A model generated the notes under the pieces. The model made no database searches. It had not been told where the DNA came from and saw only the letters and a list, made by a program, of their open reading frames with translations. This document shows, piece by piece, positions 37,354 to 46,124 of a stretch of 64,000 nt of DNA. Location: contig NC_092675.1 of assembly GCF_964355755.1 (NCBI RefSeq), positions 16,154,912-16,218,911 of the forward strand. The letters are read 5' to 3'. Source of the stretch: Antedon mediterranea (Eukaryota > Animalia > Echinodermata). Within the stretch, counting starts at the first letter, position 1. The number at the start of each line of letters is the position of its first letter. The position numbers were made by a program, and so were the translations under genes.

Positions 37354-40293
37354 CTAGTGTCTGGGCTTCAAGATTGAAGCCGCCACCGTAGACTGGTTTG
37401 CGGAGGTATCCGACAGGTAGTGGGATGTGAAGGTGGACTGTGATCGCCACCATGCCGCTTGCAGGATGTCTGGAAGGGGCACCCCAGCAAACAGCGCCCA
37501 TGAAGCGGCTATGCCACGCACTTGGTGCATATGTGCCGGAGGAGGCGTATTTGTGGAGTCGTAACCAGCCCGGATGGCTGCCACGACCCAGTTTGCCAGC
37601 GTCGACCGAGCAGCCGGTCGGAAGGGTGCAACTGTCGATATGAACAGATGTGACGCTGAGACCCGAATGGACTCTGTGCGTTTGATGTAAAACTTTAGTG
37701 CCCGCACCGGGCACCAAAGTCTGTCTTCCTCAACCCCTGAATATGCAGCAATGGTGGGAATAAACACAGTCGGCGGCGAGAAGTTCAATGTCTGAGATTT
37801 TGCAAGGAAATCTTTCCTAAAAACCAACCGCGCGCCACCCCGTTCAAACCTGATGTGCCCTGGCTCCAGAGAAAGAGCATGCAGTTCACCTCTGCGCTTG
37901 CACGAGGCTAGTGCAATCAAAAAGGCAGTTTTGAGAGTCAGGTTGTAAAGTGATGCCCTACTCAGGGGCTCGAAGGGTGGACGCATAAGAGCGGCTAGGA
38001 CGACATTGACGTCCCAACGTGGAATCAGGGCCTTAGTAGGAGGCCGTTCTCGAAACATCCCGCGAAGCAAACTGGAAATTGCAGGGGATGAAGAGATGGT
38101 CGAGCCGTCTTTAAAATTCGGAATTACTGCAGCCAAGGCAGACCGATAGCCGGATACGGTGCGAACCTGCAGACCTGACTCAAACAGGTAATGTAGGAAA
38201 GCGCAGACCTGGCCCAAAGTCACTTTCATAGGGTCGGTCTTCTGGCGCTTGCACCATTCGAAAAAGTGTTTTAATCGGCTATTGTAGACAGCAAGAGTGG
38301 ATTCCCGTCGGGATTTCGCCGCGAGGGCGGCCGGACCATCTGGAATGCCTGAGTCTCTGAAACGATCCCTGACAATGGCCATACAGTCAGGTCGAGGGAT
38401 ATGAGGTTCGGTAGCGCAAACCGAGCTCGGCCCTGCGTCAGCAAGTCGTTCCGAATCGGAAGACGTAACGGCTGATCGTACAGAAGGCCCAGAAGCAGTG
38501 GAAACCACGGCTGCCTGGGCCAATACGGCGCTATTAGTAGGACTCGGCATTGATGGCGCTGAATGTGCGTCAGGACCAGTGGCAGTATTGAAATCGGTGG
38601 AAAGGCATATGCCCAAAGGTTGTCCCATGGTATGGACAGGGCATCCACCGCCCACGCATGTGCATCCCGATATCGACTGCAGAACGTCGGGAGCTGCGTG
38701 TTGCCTGACGTCGCAAACAGATCTACATGGGGCCGCCCAAAGTGGTTGAAGATCTGGGTGGCGATTATTGGAAGAAGGCGCCATTCCGTAGGACGTAGAA
38801 GTGGACGGGACAGTGCGTCCGCCACTATGTTCAGACGACCCGCAATGTGGGCCGCTGACAGTTGGATGTTGTGTCTTATACACCACATTAGCAACGTCCA
38901 CGTGTGGCAACATAGCGTGGGGGACCGTGTACCCCCTTGCCTGTTTATGTATGCCACGACGGTTGTGTTGTCGGAATTGACGAGAACATGGCGATTTGCC
39001 AGATGGGGAAGAAGAGCCTCCAATGAGCGCTCGACTGCCCAAAGTTCGAGCAGGTTGATGTGGGCGCGCGTCTCCTCGGGCGACCAGAGGCCGGAGACGC
39101 GAATGTCCGGAGACGGTATGTGACCGCCCCAGCCTACTTCGGATGCGTCCGTTTCCACACGGACATCCGGAATTGACCTTTGTATAGGTGTGCCCACAAG
39201 TAACCTGTCTTCCACGAGCCACCATTCGAGATGCGAGATGATGAACGCATTCGTTGGAACCACCTTGTGTAGAGAGTCTGATCTTGGGCGGTACGCTGCC
39301 AGAAGGTGCAGATGTAGAGGCCGCATCCTTAACCGGCAGAACGGAACGAGGGCGACGAAGCTGGCCAGTGACCCCAAGGTGCGTAGCCAGTCGTACGCCG
39401 TCGGAGCCTGAGCATTGATAAGATGTAGCACTGCAGTTCTTGCCTTGGCCACACGCTCGATGGATGGGCACGCACGGCCCGTAACCAAATTTATTTGGGC
39501 TCCGAGATACAGAGGGTTCTGAGAAGGGAGAAGACATGACTTCTCCTCGTTTATTATGAACCCTGCTTGTTCCGTCACGAGGCGGACAAAAGATAAGCTG
39601 CTCAGCAGCTGGTCCCTGGACTGGGCCACGATCAACCAATCGTCTAAGTACATGAACACTCTGATGCCGTGTTGATGAAAGAACGCCGCCAGGGTTCTCA
39701 CTAGACGAGTAAACACTCGTGGGGCCGTTGAGAGGCCGAACGGCAGAGCTACGAATTGGTATACCTGATCGTGAATGCGGAAGCGCAGCCAACTCTGGTG
39801 TTCTTGCGCAATAGGCACATGAAAGTACGCGTCTTTCAAGTCTATTGTGGCTGCCCAGTCCCCTCGTCTTAGCCCCAACAGGATAGATGAGACAGTCTCC
39901 ATCCTGAACCTGCGGGGCCGGATGTATTGCTTGTTCAGACTTTTGAGGTTTAGGATGGGTCGCCAATCGCCCGATTTTTTCTGGGCGAGGAAAACGGTGG
40001 ACTCGTGTCCCGGGATCGTAAGTTGTTCCTTTTGAACATGCACCACAGCTCCTTTCTGGAGCAGTGCTTCGAGGCCCGTCATGAGCGCTTGACTCTTTTC
40101 CGGCTCTGACGGAATCCTCGTGTGCCGGGCACCTCCGCTCACCGGAGGGCTCGAGAATTCGATACGATACCCGTGTGTCACGGTGGAGAGAACCCATCTG
40201 TCTGTGGTCAGGGTCTCCCAAACCCGTGAAAACCGTTTCAAGCGACCCCCCACCTGCCCGCCCTCGCTTGGAGGGACGGGCGTCCCCGGGCCG
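37354..40293 (-). CDS. DIRS tyrosine recombinase ORF (long N-terminal part overlaps the RT ORF)
   Basis: Catalytic residues KRRGEL (R), LAKSQ (K), HQVR (HxxR), WWRS, HY; LCPVRAL-like WCPVRAL. The frame is open up to the gag stop at 40294-40296. Confidence 0.92.
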   Translation of the reverse strand, partial: RPGDARPSKRGRAGGGSLETVFTGLGDPDHRQMGSLHRDTRVSYRILEPSGERRCPAHEDSVRAGKESSAHDGPRSTAPERSCGACSKGTTYDPGTRVHRFPRPEKIGRLATHPKPQKSEQAIHPAPQVQDGDCLIYPVGAKTRGLGSHNRLERRVLSCAYCARTPELAALPHSRSGIPIRSSAVRPLNGPTSVYSSSENPGGVLSSTRHQSVHVLRRLVDRGPVQGPAAEQLIFCPPRDGTSRVHNKRGEVMSSPFSEPSVSRSPNKFGYGPCVPIHRACGQGKNCSATSYQCSGSDGVRLATHLGVTGQLRRPRSVLPVKDAASTSAPSGSVPPKIRLSTQGGSNECVHHLASRMVARGRQVTCGHTYTKVNSGCPCGNGRIRSRLGRSHTVSGHSRLRPLVARGDARPHQPARTLGSRALIGGSSSPSGKSPCSRQFRQHNRRGIHKQARGYTVPHAMLPHVDVANVVYKTQHPTVSGPHCGSSEHSGGRTVPSTSTSYGMAPSSNNRHPDLQPLWAAPCRSVCDVRQHAAPDVLQSISGCTCVGGGCPVHTMGQPLGICLSTDFNTATGPDAHSAPSMPSPTNSAVLAQAAVVSTASGPSVRSAVTSSDSERLADAGPSSVCATEPHIPRPDCMAIVRDRFRDSGIPDGPAALAAKSRRESTLAVYNSRLKHFFEWCKRQKTDPMKVTLGQVCAFLHYLFESGLQVRTVSGYRSALAAVIPNFKDGSTISSSPAISSLLRGMFRERPPTKALIPRWDVNVVLAALMRPPFEPLSRASLYNLTLKTAFLIALASCKRRGELHALSLEPGHIRFERGGARLVFRKDFLAKSQTLNFSPPTVFIPTIAAYSGVEEDRLWCPVRALKFYIKRTESIRVSASHLFISTVAPFRPAARSTLANWVVAAIRAGYDSTNTPPPAHMHQVRGIAASWALFAGVPLPDILQAAWWRSQSTFTSHYLSDTSANQSTVAASILKPRH

Positions 40294-40304
40294 TCACCGG
40301 CGCT
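38271..40304 (-). CDS. DIRS reverse transcriptase / RNase H / adenine-methyltransferase-like ORF
   Basis: VGGRL, RPILNLK, IDLKDAYFH, LPFGL, YLDD; RNase H TDAS, INLLEL, SDN, ADALSR; MT-like DLFA, VDAL, YAFPP. The frame opens at 40304 with no AUG before the conserved N-terminus. Confidence 0.93.
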   Translation of the reverse strand, partial: SAGDGPGTPVPPSEGGQVGGRLKRFSRVWETLTTDRWVLSTVTHGYRIEFSSPPVSGGARHTRIPSEPEKSQALMTGLEALLQKGAVVHVQKEQLTIPGHESTVFLAQKKSGDWRPILNLKSLNKQYIRPRRFRMETVSSILLGLRRGDWAATIDLKDAYFHVPIAQEHQSWLRFRIHDQVYQFVALPFGLSTAPRVFTRLVRTLAAFFHQHGIRVFMYLDDWLIVAQSRDQLLSSLSFVRLVTEQAGFIINEEKSCLLPSQNPLYLGAQINLVTGRACPSIERVAKARTAVLHLINAQAPTAYDWLRTLGSLASFVALVPFCRLRMRPLHLHLLAAYRPRSDSLHKVVPTNAFIISHLEWWLVEDRLLVGTPIQRSIPDVRVETDASEVGWGGHIPSPDIRVSGLWSPEETRAHINLLELWAVERSLEALLPHLANRHVLVNSDNTTVVAYINRQGGTRSPTLCCHTWTLLMWCIRHNIQLSAAHIAGRLNIVADALSRPLLRPTEWRLLPIIATQIFNHFGRPHVDLFATSGNTQLPTFCSRYRDAHAWAVDALSIPWDNLWAYAFPPISILPLVLTHIQRHQCRVLLIAPYWPRQPWFPLLLGLLYDQPLRLPIRNDLLTQGRARFALPNLISLDLTVWPLSGIVSETQAFQMVRPPSRRNPDGNPLLLSTIAD
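40239..40296 (-). promoter_or_regulatory. Predicted translational recoding signal: UGA-CGG, 12-nt spacer, H-type pseudoknot
   Basis: Minus: TGA CGGCCCGGGGAC GCCCGTCCC TC CAAGCGA GGGCGGGC AGGTGGGGGG TCGCTTG; S1 GCCCG(U)CCC/GGGCGGGC, S2 CAAGCGA/UCGCUUG. Confidence 0.6.
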
Positions 40305-41823
40305 TCACATTATAATACCGGCGACCACTCCTGTTGGTGGCGCCTTTGCCACCCCTATTTCGCATTCCGCGAGGGGGGTGTGAAGCCTGTCTTGATGTAG
40401 AAGCCTGACTTTGCATAGGCTGAGCCGGTGGCGGCGGGGGAGGCTGCATCTGCTGAGGAGCAGCAGGGACAGGCGGCGGTCGTGCGGCTGTCCTTGAGCG
40501 TGAATTGCTAGCTCGGCGTTTTTGCGGGAAGCGCGCTCTTGTCTCCCGACGAGCTTCCCTCTCACGAGCCCATTTATCCTCCTTCTGTGAGAAGGAGCCA
40601 AAGAACAAGTCCTGCGCCCCGAAGGAGTCAGACGTAGTAAACCTACGGAAATCGGTCGGTGCGATGTCAGTTGCACCCAAGACGTTAACGCGACGGGCCG
40701 CGGCCGCAGATAATGAGATCGTTGCCTGTTGATCAACAACCAGGCCCATGATCTGCTGTAGTAGAGCTATCACGTCCGAATCGCCCTGGGGCGGATGTTC
40801 TGGATCAGCCAGAAAGGATAGCAAGTACCCGGCCATAGAGGCGGCTCTAAGCGTCTCGCGTGCGGCCCTGTCGACGGACGTAAGGACGTCCTCTGTCCGG
40901 GATTCCGAAGGCTTCAAAAAATTAGTCCTGGACGGGTCCAGGTTCTGGTCCTTACGGACCCGTTCCTTCGCTGCCTCCGGGACGCTCGGCGCCGCGATGT
41001 ACAGTTCGAATTGTTTCTGCGGCACCGGAAAAGCCGATGACAGGCTATAAGGCATAGGCCTACGAATCTTGGACTCTTTAGCGATCAGCTCCACACGTTC
41101 CACAAGTTCTGGATCGAGAGGCGTAACCGGGCACGAAGATACCTTCTTAAAGGGCGTGCGTACGCCAAAAGTGGAAAACCGCTTAGACGAAGGAGTATGC
41201 TTAGGCTCGCGATACGTGAAATCGACGCCGAGAAAGGACAGCACCGCGGGGACCGTCCGCATAACTAGCGCCTGCAGACCTTCCTCCCCTGGCCCGGCCT
41301 GCTCTCGTAAGCTATCTCTATCATCGTCAGAGAGCGAGGCCATCGTCCTGTCACTATCGTAATCCCTTTGCCGGACGGACGAACCATCGAAAAACGAGGT
41401 CTGCTGTGGGCCAACATCAATGTATGGAATATGGGGAGGAGGTCTAATCTGAGAGGGTACCTCAGGCTCATCCCTCGGCAGAGCTCTCACAGCTGCAACA
41501 ATGGCTTGCAGTAACCCCGGAGAAAACTCATTCACCCCCGGAACCGCAGAGGCCGCAGCCGGTGCAGGCATATCTGGAAGGCTAACTTCCGGCGCGACGA
41601 CAGGAGGGCCTGCCGTATCAACGGTACCCACCTCCGAAGGTGGTGCCGCTTCCGTGCGCTCTTTAGGCTTAGGGAGCGATTTGAACTTGGACGGTGTCCA
41701 GCGGACACAAACATCGCACGGCGACAACTCGGTACACGTGCGGCAATTTATACACTCCAAGTGGCGGTCCCACTTCACGGTAGAGCGGGGACCCCTACAT
41801 TTAATACAGTCCTGCTTAGGCAT
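40294..41823 (-). CDS. DIRS Gag-like ORF1
   Basis: 509-aa ORF at the element 5' end; N-terminal Cys/His cluster (CIKC..HLECINC..C...CDVC..W), RRxNVL..DLF motif, basic Arg/Gly/Pro-rich C-terminus. Confidence 0.85.
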   Translation of the reverse strand: MPKQDCIKCRGPRSTVKWDRHLECINCRTCTELSPCDVCVRWTPSKFKSLPKPKERTEAAPPSEVGTVDTAGPPVVAPEVSLPDMPAPAAASAVPGVNEFSPGLLQAIVAAVRALPRDEPEVPSQIRPPPHIPYIDVGPQQTSFFDGSSVRQRDYDSDRTMASLSDDDRDSLREQAGPGEEGLQALVMRTVPAVLSFLGVDFTYREPKHTPSSKRFSTFGVRTPFKKVSSCPVTPLDPELVERVELIAKESKIRRPMPYSLSSAFPVPQKQFELYIAAPSVPEAAKERVRKDQNLDPSRTNFLKPSESRTEDVLTSVDRAARETLRAASMAGYLLSFLADPEHPPQGDSDVIALLQQIMGLVVDQQATISLSAAAARRVNVLGATDIAPTDFRRFTTSDSFGAQDLFFGSFSQKEDKWAREREARRETRARFPQKRRASNSRSRTAARPPPVPAAPQQMQPPPPPPAQPMQSQASTSRQASHPPRGMRNRGGKGATNRSGRRYYNVKRR

Positions 41824-42125
41824 GGTGATCTAACAGACCTACTTTTCCCCACTAGCCTAACGAACAACAAAGATCTTCCAGTATTTCTATCCAGGTGAAA
41901 CACACTGGATAACGGCTTACAACGCTAAATTTTAACTCCTGGCAACCAGCCAAGGGTAACGATTCTAAACGTATCCACCACAAGATAACGATCTACTACA
42001 CTTAGCTTCGTTTTCTTGCTCTATTCTTCTCTTCCAGTCTACAGTATAAAGGTCTTTATCGCAAATTCCTCAGGAATTCCAGGAATGTGTTCAAAAAGAC
42101 GTACGTACACAACGACGTTACGAAA

Positions 42126-42295
42126 AGAAATGATGACGATGATAAGTGGGTGTGTCTCACTTGAGGGCGTACTGGTGGCGGACTGATCCATTATCCGACG
42201 GGGGTGGGGAAAAATTAATGTTATTAATGTTCTTCTTTTCGTAATGTTTACCTCTCGTCGGAGAGAGAGGCTTATGTTGGTTTATCCAGGTAAGC
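42126..42295. repeat. DIRS 5' inverted terminal repeat
   Basis: Reverse complement of 36988-37157. Confidence 0.93.
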
Positions 42296-44491
42296 TAGGC
42301 ACGATATAGACAATTAAAATTACGTATCTATTATAATTTAATAATATACTGTATTGTAGTTTGTACATTTGAACAATAATTACAGTAATTCAGCAAATTA
42401 TTTATTACACACAAAATACATAACATGAATGTAATTAAACATAGGCCTAATCTACTATCAGGCTGTAGGCCACATAATTAATACTAAGTAGTAGATTCAG
42501 ATTTTATTACCACCGTAAAATGATGTCGATAATTGAGAAAAACAAAAACCAAAAACATACTAGCCCCTATTTTATTTGGTTTATAGTATAACTAGGGAGT
42601 TGTTAATTAGAAACTCCCTGGTATAATAACTTCAAATAAGAGCCGAGAGTTCAACGCTTCCTATTTCGCGATCAATGGATGCCGCAAGAGACCGCGTGCT
42701 ATATGACAGACCTGGAAACTCTATACGCAACGACTTGATACGCCCGACTGCATAGAAACACGTGTTTTGGCTCCTGGAGATAACGTTCCATACCACCGAA
42801 TTCCGATCCATACATTTACTTAACAAACACTACACTGGTCTCGACGTCAAGAGAATTCGTTCGTGCGCGACTATTATTTTCATTGTTACAGTTTTTCACA
42901 ACCCCTGTAAAACATCGTGGACATTTTCGGTGATTTTAAGAGGTTGCCCGTCGGGACATGACATGTTAAATTTTAGTTGCCCGACGTATTTATTTGGTTG
43001 CCGCGGGACGTTGGGCAAGCGATTCTGCGAGCCCTGAGATGGGTACGATGCGAGGATTGGAGTACACCAAAGAAAGACATGCCTTCTGGCCAACTCTCCC
43101 GACTGTACTGAAGGCCTTGGTGCGCTCCAGTACTACCCGGGTGCTCTGGGAAATTGGCTTGACTACTCAATATCTGATTGATTGGTTTCCAGGAGATGTT
43201 TCGCTGCCTTCTCTTGCAGGGGTTCTCGTCAAGACATCACCTAGCAATCTGCCTGCACCTGAGAGGCAGCCGAAATTATTATTGCACTCAACAAAATTAC
43301 AACAACACACTCACTTAATTTTTTTTATTTTATTTTTTTTAAATTCAGAAATAAATACATTTTTAATTAGGCTAGGCCTAGACTAGCTTATTTACAAATA
43401 AGAAAATATCTATAACAAATGTAATATTAAAAAGTGATAGGCTAGGCCTAGGCCCGCCCAGGCTACCCTACATGCACTGGACACCAGCTCTCACTGGCTA
43501 GGCGTCCCATCTAGACCTCAAAAATCCTTCTTTATTGAGAGAGAGGCTAGCCGCTATAGCCTAGCTAGCACTCGCTCTAATTTTTGCAGTTACTTTAATA
43601 TATATCTGTATAAATTTTAACTTTAATCAACTAAAATGAGAATAAAGTACACATACCATTTAAATCAACAGTTATATTCATTTCGTAATAATATGAAATT
43701 GCAGTTTAAAGGATCAAAATAACACAAGCTTACTTGCTTCAAGTAGTCAAATCAGCCTGCAGTCACACGAAGAAGAAAGAGAAGTACAAAACAAACACAA
43801 CACGTCACACTATGGAACGCCATTACTGCCTTCTTTGGCTCTTTTACCATTCGGCTGGCTCTTTCAACATTTTATACGGCTCTTTCACCACTTTTACCAT
43901 TACGTTCGGCACTTTTACCAATTCATATGGCTCTTTTTCCATTTCATACGGCTCTTTCATCATTTCATACGGCTCTTTCATCGTTTGGTGCTTTTCTATT
44001 TAACCCTTTTACCATTTACGTTCAGTGCTTTCATCATTCAGTGCTTTTACCTTTCGGCCCTTTTCACGTCTCAACAAATATGACCCTTGACATCGGGTCA
44101 ACTGAGAAAATGTGACTGAAGGAGCCTAGTCAAACTTGCTCAAACTTGCCCAAGTACACGCGCGACACATCAAGTTCCTACGGTAAGAGGTTGTTTTAGT
44201 GTGGGTTCGAATGCCTTTAAAAATTACTATAATAGCAAAATCAAACATGTTTCTGGTTTTTCTCTCGAAGAAATTGACGAGAGCCTTATCGAAGAGGAAT
44301 TGAGAAATCTCAACCCATCTAAAAGTGTAGGCCTTGATCAGATTCCTGCAAAATTTCTTAGAGACGGAGCTCCTAATTTTAAAATACCAATAACACATAT
44401 AATTAACCTCTCCATTAAATACGAACGTATTCCCTCGGATTTTAAACTCGCAAAAGTCACGCCCCTTCATAAAAAGAATTCCAGAACTGAG

Positions 44492-46124
44492 CAGGCCCGT
44501 AGCCAGGGGGGGGTTTTATGGTTCGGGCGAACCCCCCCTTTATAGCGAACCCCCCTTAACCAACTGCGAACCCCCATCCCCGACATGCCCAATACCTCAC
44601 CCTCATCTCCAAAAATCCTCCAAATACGTGCCCCACAGTACAAAAAGTTGTTTGTAAATTGAAAAATTCGTAAACTTGTTCGTGAACCTTCTTCTCTGTA
44701 TGATGAGCGTCAACTAGTGATACGTGTCTGTAAATTTCTAAAAGCTTCAAATGAATTGCCGATTTTAACCTGAAAAATAAATGTTTGGTCCCTGCATGTA
44801 ACATGATCTGTTGACTGTTTATATGGCGTATATAAGACCTATTTTAGAATATGCTGCCCCTGTTTGGCATGGCGCTATCACTAAGGACATGTCCAAGTCT
44901 ATTGAAAAGGTACAAAAGAGAGCATTGCGTATCATGCTAGGTAACAACTATTTGTGCTATGATCATGCATTGTCTGTTACTGGTTTACCTACTCTTGTTG
45001 AGAGAAGAAACAAACTTGTGTTGCCTTTCGGGGAAGGCTTTTTAAAATCCGGTCTCTCAGAGTCAACCGCTTTCTAGAAGTACCTCATTGTAAAACCAGC
45101 AGACTTAGGTCGTCTCCAGTTCCCACCATGGTGGATATAATTAATAGGCACCACTAGCTTTTTTTTTGATATGTAATAAGTGAATGTTTTTAAGGTTTTT
45201 TATTCATGTATGTTTTTAACTCTATGGTACGATATCTAATTTTATTAAGATGTTTCTATTTTTATAGCAATTTTAACTAATTTTTAGTCATTTGTAATAC
45301 ATTTCATTTCAGTCCTTGACTGTCGTTTTGTAATATATTTTTATATACCGAATAAATTAAAAAAAATAAAAAACATGATATTGACGCGTCTCATAGCGAG
45401 CTGACGCACGAACGATTCGTACAAAGGACACCGCCAGACAACTGCGTACCTATAATTGTTTAGATCACTGGCAGTCAGGCAGCATGCATAAAGTATATTA
45501 TAGCCTTCCGACGTACATCAGTATTTATGTGCGACTATGAAGTATAATGTATCATAGAGGATTATAGTGAATATTAATATTTTACACTATAATATCTATG
45601 GTATCAAGTACTGTAGTTCACATTATGGCATCCGATTATTTTTTTCTAGACCACGCCGATACGTTCTAAAATGTATCAATATCACCTATTTACATATTTA
45701 TATTCCTCAACAAATTGCTGTAAATAAATATTATAGATAGAGCTAGCAAATAGCATTTGCCTTCACCCAGTGTGCTTTTTTCGGGGCTGCTCCTAGATAT
45801 ACGTTCGCATTGAACTTGAACGCAAACAAAATACGAAGTAAATGATCAAACAATCGGTGGTTCCGCACAGAGCACGCGCATCTAACATACGGCAACAAAT
45901 AGTTATCGTCATTTAAATTATCGACGTGTTTGAGGAGGAGGAAAAAAGTACGATCTTTTTGCTCATTGGTTATATAGCATGCTGCACGAGAGTGTCTTTT
46001 CCGGCCATCTAGGGTGTCATTTAACAAAATTCGCTTCGCATCAGGCTGGGGGAGGGGGGGGGGGGGGTTGACCCAAATATTTAGTGTCCGAACCCCCCCT
46101 TGACAGATCCTGGCTACGGCCCTG
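44492..46124. mobile_element. Non-autonomous TIR element with 5-bp TSD (hAT5-like)
   Basis: CAGGCCCGTAGCCAGG / CCTGGCTACGGCCCTG; TSD CTGAG at 44487-44491 and 46125-46129; subterminal CGAACCCCCC repeats. Confidence 0.85.
44808..45371 (+). mobile_element. Severely 5'-truncated LINE (RT C-terminus and 3' UTR) with 8-bp TSD
   Basis: YIRPILEYAAPVWH...IEKVQKRALRI; AATAAA and A-rich tail; AACATGAT at 44800-44807 and 45372-45379. Confidence 0.8.

Larger units (their letters stand above)
36945..42311 (-). mobile_element. Full-length DIRS1-type tyrosine-recombinase retrotransposon
   Basis: 170-bp ITRs (36988-37157 / 42126-42295), ICR 37193-37290, three intact ORFs, AGAC core at both termini, sharp rise in GC content relative to flanks. 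Confidence 0.95.
35782..43036. mobile_element. Non-autonomous TIR element with 5-bp TSD (hAT5-like), host of the DIRS insertion
   Basis: Perfect 16-bp TIR CAGGGCTCGCAGAATC / GATTCTGCGAGCCCTG; TSD AGATG at 35777-35781 and 43037-43041; subterminal GTTGCCC repeats at both ends. Confidence 0.8.
33300..43270 (+). pseudogene. Degraded Ty3/Gypsy pol remnant split by two insertions (pieces about 33300-33698, 35147-35781, 43042-43270)
   Basis: AFLDNIVVLGKTFADHLNKLTNVLGRLRNANF*LKP (RT) and AERNYCTTRK*LLA | ...LTWFLNFKDSQGQLAHWMEDLSQY (RNase H), continuous across the 33699-35137 insertion. Assignment of the last piece is weak. Confidence 0.7.

Noticed and set aside
38498-41833. Plus-strand ORFs antisense to the DIRS genes
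   Set aside because: Expected in GC-rich coding DNA; no recognisable motifs.
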